Assembly: GCA_026770705.1 (NCBI GenBank)
Contig: JANJGN010000007.1
Coordinates: 168,144,001 to 168,208,000, forward strand
Length of the DNA stretch: 64,000 bases
Source of the DNA: Isurus oxyrinchus
Taxonomy: Eukaryota
Direction of reading: 5' to 3'
Shown: positions 24,251 through 36,586 of the stretch, piece by piece
How positions within the stretch are numbered: the first letter of the stretch is position 1
Layout of the letters: each line of letters opens with the position of its first letter
The notes under the pieces: model-generated
The model's database searches: none
What the model was told of the DNA's origin: nothing
The model's input: the letters and a program-made list of their open reading frames with translations, nothing else
Made by a program: the position numbers and the translations under genes

Positions 24251-27200
24251 AAAAAACATTTTTATAAAGCGGGTGTTTTATAATAGTTCTTGGTTAATGA
24301 GAGAGCCATAAAAATTTGCCTTGTGCACATTTGGCGTGTCAGGATAGAGATTGGAATTTACTGTACCACAGGAAAAAAGAATTCTCTTGTTTCTCAGTCA
24401 AAGTCCATACCCTTTAACTACACTGTTATAAATACTGAGGGGAGGGCCACCGAATGTTACTTTGTTAATGTATCTTGCCTTGTAATAGTAGGATGTGGAT
24501 TCACAGCCATAGTTCTTCTACAAGTCATTGGTGAGATCAGAAGGGAGCTAAAATCAGAGGTTAACTGGATTATGCAGAAGAATCTATAGTGAGGGTCGAA
24601 CAAAGGTCACTTAACTCCATCTCAGCTGTGGAAGATACATTTATATATTTAAAATTGTTGTATATCAGTTCAGAAAATCTTGATGAGTTACAAGACACTT
24701 TGAAGACATCAGAAGACATCATGAAATTCGTCTTTTTCTCCTGTGTATTCAGTTTTTAATTATGGTCTCCAGAGCATAAGTGACATAATTTTCTTATTTT
24801 CCTGTTCTTAAAATGGTGTGCTTTCTAATTTATATTTCAGTCGAACATGCAACAAAAATCCATATGAGATAAATTAAGAAATGGAGAACTGATTTTTTGG
24901 GGGTTGAATGGGGGGGTGATAGGAATGTGCGAATGCATTAAGAATTCAGAATTATTGAATGTATTATAATGTTGCCATGAATATAATTTGTTTGCAAAAT
25001 TCAGATTTAAAAATGTGAATTTAAAAGAAAATTTATATAACCAAACAAATTACTAAAAGAAATAAACTGATTTGTTAGCAGTATTTCAAGTTATAATTAC
25101 GTTGACCTTCAACCAAAGGAAGGATGAGGGCTAAAAGGCTATTTTGGTATATAATGTGCAGTTTTATATTTATTTAAGAGGAACAGGTACTGTAATATTT
25201 GAAGCTACAGTTTAGAGAGAAAGGTTTCTGGAATTATAGCTTAATGTGAAATACTGTTAATTTTACTTGAATATAAAAGTCCAGCTGCTGTAATTTATTT
25301 TGCAAAACTTGTGTAGCAAAATGAGGAGGAAGAACATAGTTTCATATTTGATTTCACACAAAGCTTTTTCTTGAATTGCAAAACAGACAAAAGTACTCAG
25401 TTCCATTTTGTTTTCTTTCACTGAATCCATGTTGCAAGTAGAATGTTATGTGCAGCTGTGTGATAAGTGTGAACATCTCCACTTCTGAGATTGCTGTAAC
25501 CCACACACTTTCACTCACTCAGGTTTATCTATGGTTATACTGTCCTCTTTATTCTTTACTACTGTTACAAAATTTCTAGTCGGGCATGTTTTTTTGTCCA
25601 GCAGACTTGAACTGCAAAGTGAATTCTACATAAACCTCAACCTGCTGAATACCTGAAAATTCATTTGAGTACCCAGATCTGAAATCAGTGAACTAAGGGT
25701 TAATTTCTGAAACTACGCTATCGTAATTAGTATTTGAATGAAGAGATAGTATCGAGGATCATTTCTTGTTCAGCTATGCTGCCATTCCAACCCAGGCTGC
25801 ATTATTTTTCCGAAGTGTGAAAATTGTTCATCTGCATATTATTCAGATCTTGCAATGAGCTCCTTGTATGATCTTATTTATAGCCTTTCCGACTCAAAGA
25901 GCCCAGACTGGGCAGTTTATGCAGTATAGAACATTGATTTCTTGTGTGACCGCATCTGCCTGATACAGAAAGGGATTGAGCAGTTATTTGTCTGGATTTA
26001 GCCTTTCCTTATCAAACATTTATGATTTAGCGCTAAGAACAGCATCTGCCGGTAGAGCAGTTTAGTGAGTGGGTTTTTTTTTAATGTATCGTACCTCGTC
26101 TTAATGGCAGGAACCCTGGTTCAATAACATGAACTTGGAAAGGTTTTCTTAATGAAAGCCTTGACGTTTTCTGTATTGGGGCTACATTTATCAGCTGTGT
26201 AAAGACTGTATAGACTTCATTATACAGAGAACTGCCACTGCATATTTTTAGGGCCATCTATTCAGTATCAAAGGATAGGAGGCAGAGAAGGAAAGGTTAA
26301 TGGCTGAAGCAGATGATGTCAGAATTATCCCTAAAGGCCAGATTTACTTAATTCTCTGTGTGATAATTAGATAATTGGGAGCCTATTGTTCCACACACTA
26401 CATTTTGCTGTTAGAATTCAATCTGAAAGAAATTAAGGAAAGCACAATGAATTTTGAGTTACAGACCACAGTACATTGGAACAGTGCGGGGATCAGTCAG
26501 TTGTTTGAGATTTATTCTGTTCATAGTCAGGTCATTCTTTTCTCTAATGGGATACTTTTGAAGAAATAAAACAAAAAAAATGCAATGTGTAATCAGCAGT
26601 CAGATAGGTGTCCTCACAAACAGGAATATTCATCTCATTTTTCATTATCCTCTCCCTTTGGAAACCCAGCACAAAGTCCGCTTTTAACAGGTTGTTTGTC
26701 ATGTGTGCTGATTCCAAGCTGACAGCTCTTGAGTTTCCAATGATAACAGTCATCGGACTTGATCTGAGTTCAATGGATATCACTAAAATAGAATCATCGT
26801 CTTTGTGATGGATAGAAAAAGTAAAGTAATACATCCTGATAAAGCTATAGCTTTTCGACTGTGACCTTGTACGATCTATAAGTGAGTTGCAATCCTGGAC
26901 AGTGCTGAAATGCATCAACACTTTGAAATTTAAGTAGCAGTGAAATCCATCAATGGGGTGAAGGTAGAATGGCCTGAGAAACCAATGGATCATGCTTAGA
27001 GGGCTCAAAGGGAAACAGGGTAAGCTGAAGGTCAATATACAGACACGTCCTAAAGGAGTGCACCGAAACTCATTCGCATTCAGCCTTCAAAGCACTGCTG
27101 CAGTATGATGAAACATCAGTGGAAAAATAAAACTGGAACCTCGGAGCATTTCCTTTCTCCCCGGCCCCTCCAAGCAGTGTGTAAGAAGGCGTATTTTAAA

Positions 27201-28142
27201 CGCACACTTGAGGGCAAACACTGATGCGATTTACTAATGCATAGCCACATACAAAACCAAACGGCAAGATGCCAAGAGTTTTAGTATTATTTCTGGGGTG
27301 GAGGCCTCTGCCAGGAGGAGGCATGCCTTACCTTTCATAATTTTAGGATGTGAAAGAGATAGTAGAACGCATTTTGAAGAGTAATAGTAAAATATCTTGC
27401 TCAAATTAAAAATGGACTATTAAGGTTCTGGGATATTCTTTTACATGAATAAATGGTTAAAGAATCACATGCTTATCTTCCTATGCACTGTCAGAGTGGT
27501 TGGTAAAATTGTGTCTTGCCAGCACAAAAGAACAGGGGTAGGCCATTCAGCTCATTGGGCCTGTTAAGTATTCAATATTGTGTAGTGTAATATTTGAATG
27601 ATTCTGAAAAGCCCCTGTCTATCATACTAATTTGGGTAAGAGTGAGTGTATATGTTACATAGAGAAGAGAATTTCTAAATTGTTCATTTCAATTACAACC
27701 AGTAGCCAAATTTATCTGCCAGTTTTAGTTTTTAAATTGGTATCCTATTCAGCTACTTCATGGATAGTTTTTGTCTGCCATTGTCTGCTTCCCACATAAA
27801 AATAAAATTATTGGGGGATAAAACCTGTAGATTGTATTTTAAGAGATAGGCTAAGACTAATATCTATTCCTCGCATCCTTTGGTTATCATTCTTATTCTT
27901 GCTTCCAACACCGCTGACCCACCTGACAACCACCTTTCTGTCAAAGGACAACAGAAATTGTCATACAAATTTAAGAACTTAATATTTATTTTTTGCATAT
28001 GTATTTTGAATGGCCATAAGAAATGTTCTTTTTTTTTAAAAAAGGACCAGCCCAGTTCAGGTCCTTAGGATGTCTTGAGTCCTTTTAGAAGTGTAGTTAT
28101 TATATTTTAAATTTTATATCATGTTTTTATATTATTAAAAAG

Positions 28143-28620
28143 ATATAGAGACACCAGAGAAGGTGCAAAAATGATCTGCAAGGATGATACCAGAAATGCA
28201 GAAGTATACCCATCAGGAGAGGATGAATTGGTTGGATCTCTTTTCTCTTGAAAACAGAAGGCTGAGGAATGATCTAATAGAGGTCTTTAAAATTATGAAA
28301 GGTTTTGATTGAGTGGAGAGAATATGGAGAAGAGCAAAATTAGAGGCCATCAGTATAAAATAGCACCAAAAAATCAAGTAGGGAATTCAAAGAGACCTCT
28401 TTATCTCAAACAGTGATGCAGAACTCACTACTGCAGGGATTGGTTGAAGCAAATAGGGTAGATGCGTTTAAGGGAAAGCTAGACAAGCTTTGCGGGAGTA
28501 GGGAGCAGAGGCTTATGTTGATAGTCTTAGATGAGGACAGACAGAAGGAGGCCCGAATGGAGCATAATTGCCAATCATTGAATTACTAGTTCCTGTACCG
28601 TACATCCTATGTAATGTAAT
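28143..28620 (+). mobile_element. CR1 LINE 3' end
   Basis: GAGAAGGTGCAAAAA..CAGAAGGCTGAGGAATGATCTAATAGAGGTCTTTAAAATTATGAAAGG..GATGCGTTTAAGGGAAAGCTAGACAAG, ending in TGTAATGTAAT. Confidence 0.85.
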
Positions 28621-28639
28621 GCTACTGATAGTTGTTATA

Positions 28640-29180
28640 CAGGCAAATATCACAACTGATTTCCACATCCTATAAACAGAGACCAGTTGGACAGTTTTGG
28701 AGGAGTTGGTTGAGGGATAAATTTTGGCCAGGACACTGAGAGAACACCATGCTCTTCCTTGAATAGTACTATGGGATCCTTTATATTCACAACAATTTTC
28801 CTTCCCAACAACAATCCCACAATGGAACAAGTTACCAAAGGAAATAGTCACAGCCCCATCATTAGCAATCTTCAAGAGCCATCTTCATTATCAAGACTAC
28901 CATTTCACAAGGTCATGCCTGGTTTAGCTAGCATGACACATATAAACGATGATGGAGTATGGAGTTTAGCCTGTGATGCCCAAAACACTAAAGCAGAATA
29001 GATGAACAGGGCCTCAGTTTCTTGTGTTACCAAAGCACAGTACCTTCAGCAACATACTACTCCTACTTCAGAACTAAACTGACATGTCATCCCAGATATG
29101 TGCTTAAGTCCTCGAGTGCACTTGAGGACACAAGTTTGAGACTCTGAAGTGAGAGCCTACCACTGAATCTAAGCTAACAA
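28640..29180 (-). mobile_element. Deu-domain SINE interrupted by a LINE fragment (28791 to about 28985)
   Basis: GGTTGAGGGATAAATTTTGGCCAGGACAC..ATGGGATCCTTTATATTCAC stops at 28790. The SINE resumes at ..ACAGGGCCTCAGTTT.. and ends in a reverse tRNA head near 29140-29178. Confidence 0.7.
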
Positions 29181-29853
29181 TTAAATGTTCCATATTTTCT
29201 TAATATCCTTAACATAATCTTATGGTTGGGCAAGAAGTTAACTAAAACATCGTGATTATATTCTTGCATAAACAGTGCAATTTATGGTCCCTCACCTAAA
29301 TTCTTAATTGTTTGGCCTGATCACCCACAGTACTGATAATGCTGTCTGCAATTAAGTATATGCTGATAAGCAAAAATGTTCCTCTTTAATTTTTTGTTCC
29401 TTTGCTTCACATGTCAAATAGTTCATCCACTAAATTTTTGCTAAATTCACTGCATAACCCTCTGGTACCAATGTACAGGCTTAGGATCATGAAAAGTGGG
29501 AAAAGATGCTTAAATTTGCCCTTGCGTTTTCTTAAAATAAGCAGCTAAGTATTCGAAGGCTGATTTCAGACACTTCTTGTATCTGGCAAACATTTTTTTG
29601 TGTTCGGAGACATTTGTATGTTGTATCTAATCAAGAGGTTTGAATTGAACAATTGTCTGAACTGATAGATTAGATTACAGCCATGAAATCACTCCCTTGT
29701 ATCAATTATTTTTTGCACACGGGCACCTCCTATATGGTGGTGTTCTAGGGGATTCTTGGGTCTGGAGTAACATTGTGATGCTTCGTTGCTAATCTGGCCT
29801 TTAAGGCCACAGCTCTAAATAGGCAAATTTCCATAGTTGTACCTAAACTATGA

Positions 29854-29870
29854 AGGTCACTCAGAGGTCA
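29854..29870 (+). promoter_or_regulatory. Perfect DR5 nuclear-receptor element (RARE-type)
   Basis: AGGTCA-CTCAG-AGGTCA. Function is not demonstrated. Confidence 0.35.
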
Positions 29871-30989
29871 GGTGTAATAGCTTGTAAATTTCAGGCTGCA
29901 GATCAAGGTCTGACTTTCTCTCTTTTTTGTAAGATTATTTTGTCCTGCTTAACAAGGTATGAGATTGGTATATGATGTATGGTGTGTGATGGAAAGGTAC
30001 CAGATGCAAGAGTTTATTTGTATAAATATAGATATGATTGTATATATTACAAAATTATCCAGTTGATTACAATGTGTTTGAATGCCTAGACACAAGGTGT
30101 GATAAATTTGTTTTTTCCAGATGTGCTTTCAGAAAAGCCAAGACTACAACTCCTTTCTTTGATTATTTCCATAATCATCTTAAGGTCTTTCTTGATATCC
30201 TTTTATGTTTCAAAATGTTGGATGAGATTCATACCATGTCACTGTGTGCTCCCACAGTAGATTGTACATGCAAAGTGCATGCATGGAGCATATTTTATAT
30301 TCACTTTGGGGAGATGTTAAATTGGTTAAGCCCTTTTGAGTAATGAGTGTATATTACTGCATTTCAGATGCATGTACGTGCATCTAGTTTCAACTTTGAA
30401 AATTACATACGGTAAAATCATCATCATGTATTTTCTGAGGAGGTAAAGTCCAACATGCTCAGGACATTGCTTTTACTAATGGCATTCTGTCAACTCCTGT
30501 AAGCTTTGCATATTTGCATATTAAAGAGCTGGGTAAAGAAATACTTCTTTTATTGCTGCAGCTCATAAATCAGTTTGCATTTCTCCATTAAAATCTGTCT
30601 CAGCAAACTTGAGCAAAAATTGACTGGAATCAAAATACACACACAACCAGGCATACAAATCGATTAGTCATTTGCTTAAAAACAAATTCTTAGGGTTATT
30701 GATGGGTTATTATTTCATTCCTTTAGAAAAGAGAAGTGAAATCAAATTTTTAAAAAATAAAATGGAGAAGGAATAAATGGAATTTGGTGGAAAATTGACC
30801 CTGTTCATCAGTAAAAACGTGTTTTATACATTGGGATATACTGAAAATTTGCTTACTGCGCAGTATTTCTATGAAAAGCTACTTTGCAGTTCCTCTTCCA
30901 AAGAGTATTTTTTATAATCTCCTATATATATGGTTTCTGAAATTATATGAAAACTATAATTTCAGTTAAAAAAATCTCTCAATTTTTTT

Positions 30990-33500
30990 TCCAGCTTCAT
31001 CCCATCTTCTGAATGTAGTGAGTTATACTGTGTGACAGGTTCAATGGTACTGTCATCATTCTTTATCATCCAAGTGTTGTCTTCAAATGTGACCCTGAGC
31101 AAGTCAGTGTTGCTAGGCTGTTTGACTGTTTGTGCATCACAATAGACTCCAGTCATGTTCTGAACCATGATAGCATGTAGGTTATTCTTCCAAGGTCACT
31201 GCACAGGATCAAGGGAAGTGACAAGTTTTCTCCAAATCTGTCTGAAGATGGTTGGTGTACCTGACTGGTCAGCTAACTTTGGTAGACCACCAAGCACTTG
31301 GGACTTCCTTGACCTGTATGCAACAGTATCATGTTGCGTGGCACCTTTATCCATTGCATTACTGACATACTCAAACTTGTGTGTTAAAGAGGCACTGCAC
31401 TGGTCTCTCCGTCAGCTGGAAAGCTCTAACGCAAAGGCACTTGATTGATTATCAACACATGATAACACGTGGATCTTACAATATACGTATAGAACGCTTA
31501 TTCTGATCATATTGTTTACAACCATACGTGATGGTACAGTGATCCCCACTGAGAACCAAGTCGTTTTATTTTAATTACAGCCCCTGAATATACTGAAGTG
31601 AGAATGTCCTCTTCATGGAAAGTTTACTAGAGTTCTGACTCGTTGTTTTCGCATTCTGCAGTGATTTCCCAATAGAAGACATGCTGCTGGCTATAAGAGG
31701 GTGATAATAAGGATCATATTACGGTGTTTCTACAATTTCTGAATTCTAGGTCTACTCTAACTTTCCCTTGCTTTGTTTATTCTTTTGTTAGGTTTTTGAC
31801 AGTTTTCCTTAGTTTCGCTGGCATCTCCCAACTCAGTCACCCTCCGCCCCCCCCCCCCCCCCCCTCAGTCCTCCCATGCCTTTTTCCATCAAGATGCCTG
31901 AATATCCAACTCTATGCTGTTACAACCCACCTCCAGGTAAGGTTCCCCAAAGTTGTTGATCCAGACGAGACCCCTCAATTTGTCATCGTCTGACTGGGAC
32001 ACCCCAAATTGTTATGCCCCAGCTGAGGGATGAACTGGCTCCCTGTCTTTATTCCAGTAGGTTCCAGTGTTGAATTCAGTAGAGAATAGTCAGTTTCGAG
32101 GATCCAGTAGTATTGAATTCGATAGAGAGGGAGCGAGATCGGGATACCTGCAAAATGGCGATTTGCAGGGTAGTGTGTGTGGCTGTTACTCCTCATTCAA
32201 ACTTCGAGCACTTGCTGTCTCAGAACAGCCACCAACAGACAGACACCAGGGCAGCTTTTCAGCTCACTTTTAACCCCTCCTTTGTATATTCACTGATCTG
32301 TCTGGGTGTTGCTCACAAGATTTCTTGATGAGCTGATATTCATTTCAGATGTCCTATTGTCTCTACCGGAGGGAGCAATTAGTTTCTGGATGTCTTTAGA
32401 AGTACTTTCTCTGGCAATAAGTTGGGGTTCCATTACCTCTTAGGGAGTTACCCTGCAGCATTCCAGCCGGTGGCTTGTACATTATTAAAAACTCATCTCT
32501 TATTTTAAAGTCCAATATTTCCAGATGCAATTCAATGATTTTTCTTCATTACCTTGACAATTTACTCTAAATGCCACCAGTACTGTATCTTGACTAAGCC
32601 TCTAGAGTGATGTTCTACTTTCCTTATCCTTCCACTGCCAGGCAATTTGATCAAGCTTGGCAACACACTTTCAGGAATTGTCCAAATGGTAATCTAAGTT
32701 CAGGCTGGAACTTGAGATGGAACTTTTGTTGCTGCTGGATCTTGCTTCTCCAACACGTTTATTTTAAATGAAGGAGACTTCCATCTCTTTAACAGGAAAC
32801 CTGATTGACATCACAGCATTTTCTTTGAAGGTATCATAGGGACAATAATGGTGCCCGTTGGATTGAGGTGTATTGGGTGTCAGCTCCTCATATAATCAGG
32901 CATGAGAGGCTTGAGGCTTATTATTGCTCCTGATGAGCCTAGAGCATCTTTATGTGGCCGGCCAGTGCATAGTATGCCGAGAGCCTGGACACAAAGTGAG
33001 CCGAAGGCTTATTTAAGATCACATTCTGTGTTCAAATAAGGTTTGTTTCCACTAAGTGATTGTAATACCTGCTAAGCAGTTCAGTCATTTAATGATGGTT
33101 ACAAACAAGTGCCAGACATGAATTATGTTCTACATAGTTGATGATGTAAGAGTTTCAAGGACAAGACAATAAATTTCAGACAAGGAGACACTTGATGCGA
33201 CGGTATTAGGACAATTATTACGCAACAAAAGTTATACTTATCAAGGCAATCAATATCCGGTTCAGATGGTCTTGCTTCCCATTCACTCCAGTGGCTACAG
33301 AAGGCTTGTGACTCCTTTCCTCTTTTTCTCCCTATGTCTTCTTGGAGAAGTTGGTTGCACAGATTTCAAGCCATTCTTTTTATTCCCTGTGTTGTCATGT
33401 TCTGGCCTTGTTATCTATCTGTCAGTGCTTATATTAACTCTTCAATTGTGATCACAACCAGTAGTCACAACTCAAACAGCATATCCTTAACATACAAACA
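30990..33500 (-). mobile_element. Decayed LTR retroelement (Gypsy/ERV-like) with LTR end, Pro-like PBS and an unidentified pseudo-ORF
   Basis: The minus strand reads AATAAA(GACAGGG)...GGGGCATAACA (LTR end at 32010), then ...GATGACA-AAT-TGAGGGGTCTCGTCTGGAT (31959-31977; cf. tRNA-Pro PBS). A long, nearly open minus frame follows at about 31570-30990. Outer limits are uncertain. Confidence 0.5.
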
Positions 33501-34501
33501 ATCCATCCATACATGTACTTGAGCCATATAGGCAGTTCTCAGATGAGCACATATCTAAAATTAACCCTTCTACCAGGAACTAATACAAAAAGTATAAAAT
33601 GATTCACATATCCTACACTTGTGAGCTCTGCCCTTTTGGTAGGGTCAGCCAGCTTACCTCTTACTGTATATGTAGTGTTAGGCTTGAAGGCCAGTTTTTT
33701 TTTCCAGACATCACATACACCCCCACTGTCCCAAAAGGTACTTGCTTCCTCAAGTGCACGTCGTCATTTACATGCTGTTGTTGCTGGATTCCTCACCCCT
33801 GCAAGCTCAGTGCTTTGAAGCAGGTCATTAGCAATGGGCTGGATGTAAAATTTAAATATTGCAATAAGCTCACATTGCTTATTTTTGGGCAGATGCATGG
33901 TGGGGGAGCTGTCGAACTAACTGCTTATGTGTTTTGGGTGCTCTTACAAGTTATGAAGTCATCTTTCTCTGGCAGCCACTTCCAATGTATAAATTCCAGT
34001 TTGTGTTAAACTTGCAGTCTCATTTTCACACCAAGTTTATGCCTGCTCAGGATTCTATTCAGTTCTAACATTAAGGTGAATTACAAGCTGACATTTTGAA
34101 AAAGTGTATCAGTGCACTATGAAGACTGATGGTTAGTTCTGTTCTCGTCATTGCTGTCTGTCCTTCCAAACATGTACTGCACTGCGTTATGTGTAACATT
34201 TTAAATAACAGTTGAAGAAACATGGACAAAGAAAATCAATGATGCAGAATAAGCTATGGGCTGTTTCTGTCCTAAAAGAAGTATGAGGGCTTAGTCAAAA
34301 AAATACTGAAACTTATTCATTGGCTTTAAACCTTGTAATAAAGGAGAGAGATCTTGTTCCAAGCCTGGATATCACATTACACAGAAGCAGGTCTTTATGT
34401 GGATTTATCTGTCCTTTGTGTACAGACTGTAAACCCACATAATATGCTAATGAAACCATTTTCTATTACATTAAGGATGCAACTCTCAGGACTTTCTCCA
34501 A

Positions 34502-34565
34502 GGTTCAGTTGTAATAATAAGCATTAAACCTATGGTTCAGTTGTAATAAAAAACATTAAACCCAC
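34502..34565. repeat. 32-bp tandem duplication
   Basis: GGTTCAGTTGTAATAATAAGCATTAAACCTAT followed by GGTTCAGTTGTAATAAAAAACATTAAACCCAC. Confidence 0.9.
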
Positions 34566-36276
34566 TGTACCTAAAAATCATAAAGAAAATACAGTATTTC
34601 ACAATAAGACTTGGTAAGGATTTATGAAGCAGCAAGGCAGTCAACAAATAATCATCAGAACTCATTATGACATTCTATTACTTGTGTTGCAGCATGATGA
34701 AGCGAGGTAAAGCCAGACTGGTCATGCTTAGCACACTGTGTATTCTGCAGATTTCCTCAACACCTCCAGCCCTTCAGTTGGGTGCATTTCCCTGAATACT
34801 GAGTAATGGTTGTGACTCATTGTGTCCCATTTCTGTAGGGCACTGTTCTTATTAGTCAGTTTGAATTTGTTGCAAATGTGGCCACAACTGATTACTTGTT
34901 GGCCCTATTTACTCAGTGTGGCCCAATTGGCATTAATAGTCAGTTGTTACCTGAATAATTGGAACTATTCATCAAATAATGCCTTTTTCATCTTTCATAT
35001 TTGTAAGTGTTTTTGTGTAACCTGATTTGGTTTGCAATATGATTATATTTTGGCATCACTGATTTGTTATCTCTATTTTTTAACATTGCCTCCAAGAAAC
35101 TCAGTTTTCAGTTTATTGCCAAAGCTTTTTTTTTGCTCTCAACAACTCTTAACTTTCTAGCAAATCCAGATTCTTCCAAAACTTAAGAACTTGTCCCATA
35201 TCTGAGGATGTTTCTTCAACACCACTTTGGGCATCTGAACAAGATACAAATAAAAATTTATCATTTGATAGCCAATTATTCTTTACTTTTCCAACAGTCT
35301 CCTCCCCATTTCAATATTTCTTTCCTCTTTATTTTATTTGTACTGCTACTATGGTCGGTACTCTATTGAATCTTGCGTCCTTGTTCCCTCTCAGCTACAA
35401 ATGCACCAATGCATCACTCTTCTTTCTTTATTACACAAATCTTCTACTCCTACCCATTCTTCCCCAGCACCTTAAGACTGCAGAACTCTTTCTCTCCCTT
35501 GGTGTTTCTTTGTTCCTATTATCCACAAGTTTTAAAATCAAGCTTGGCATTGTCTAATAATTGATTTCTAATTGACCTTGTCAGTACTGTCATGTAGTAC
35601 TGCAGTTGTTTCCTTACCTAAGTTTTGCATAGGTTTTTAAACAAAATAATGCCTCAAAATTTCAGGCTAATATTCAGTCCCTGGGCATGGGTAAAAACCC
35701 AAAACAACCTCAACCCGGGCAAAATTTCAATGATGGAGCCATGAAATCTCAAGCTGTCTGTCTCTCTGCCAAAGGTCTATTGTCGTTGTAAATAACAGGC
35801 AAATTACTTGTGCTGCTCTTCACAGGTATAGTAATGTCAAATAACACAGTGGAAGCACAGAAATGCTGATGTCTGAAATCAGGTATTACCCAACAACTGT
35901 GGATCTCTGCTTAGAGATGGAATTCACCATAATTCGGTGGTCCATATAGATGGAAAAAGATTACTTATTTTTGGTTTGAGGAGGGGTGACGTGATTTATT
36001 ATGCTGAATTAATGGATAGAATCAAAATGTTGGATATGGAAAGGCATGTTCTATTGATAATCATAGGACATGATTATGGGTTAATAAAACCACAATATAG
36101 CTTCAACTTCCATGTGTTTAATTTTGAAATGAATGACCATGTGGTGCAGTAAATGCTGCCTCGTTTAAAACATTCAAGAGGCAACTGAATTGATTCCTTA
36201 TTCAGTGGGGTGTGAATTTTGGAATAGGGATGAGATAAAAGTGTTTAATTAAGTAGTCGTTTAGTAGTACAGAACT

Positions 36277-36586
36277 TGAGTATTGCTGAAAAAGAGACAT
36301 TTTTTGTCAAAGCTTTTCATCATGTACTCATCAAGACAATTCGCACGAATATACCAATGTCAGGGGAAATAACATATTTTAACTCTATGAGAAGAAAGTG
36401 CTGATTGGTTGGCAAGAGGATGATGCCTCTACCTATCAGAGTCCACTTGCCAACCAATTAGCACTCTCTTCTCATGTAGTGTGAATATATTGTTTCTCCT
36501 GACATTGGTATTTTCTTTTGAATTGTCCTGATGAGTGCAAGATGAAAAGCTTTGACAAATTAAGTCTCTTTTTTCAGCAATACTCA
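36277..36586. mobile_element. 310-bp fold-back element (inverted Penelope-like pLTRs)
   Basis: Arms 36277-36420 and 36442-36586 are near-exact reverse complements (TGAGTATTGCTGAAAAAGAGAC...GTCTCTTTTTTCAGCAATACTCA). The spacer is about 21 nt. Confidence 0.9.
36523..36558 (+). ncRNA. Minimal type I hammerhead ribozyme motif (mirror copy at 36304-36339 on the minus strand)
   Basis: TTGTC-CTGATGA-GTGCAAGAT-GAAA-AGCT-TT-GACAA: a 5-bp stem I, intact core boxes, a 2-bp stem II and a palindromic AAGCTT stem III. Activity is untested. Confidence 0.65.

Noticed and set aside
26544-27035. 163-aa minus-strand ORF
   Set aside because: Non-ATG start, AT-driven composition, no domain and no convincing splice sites. 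More likely non-coding.
33599-34009. 136-aa ORF
   Set aside because: No recognisable family. Consistent with a chance ORF.
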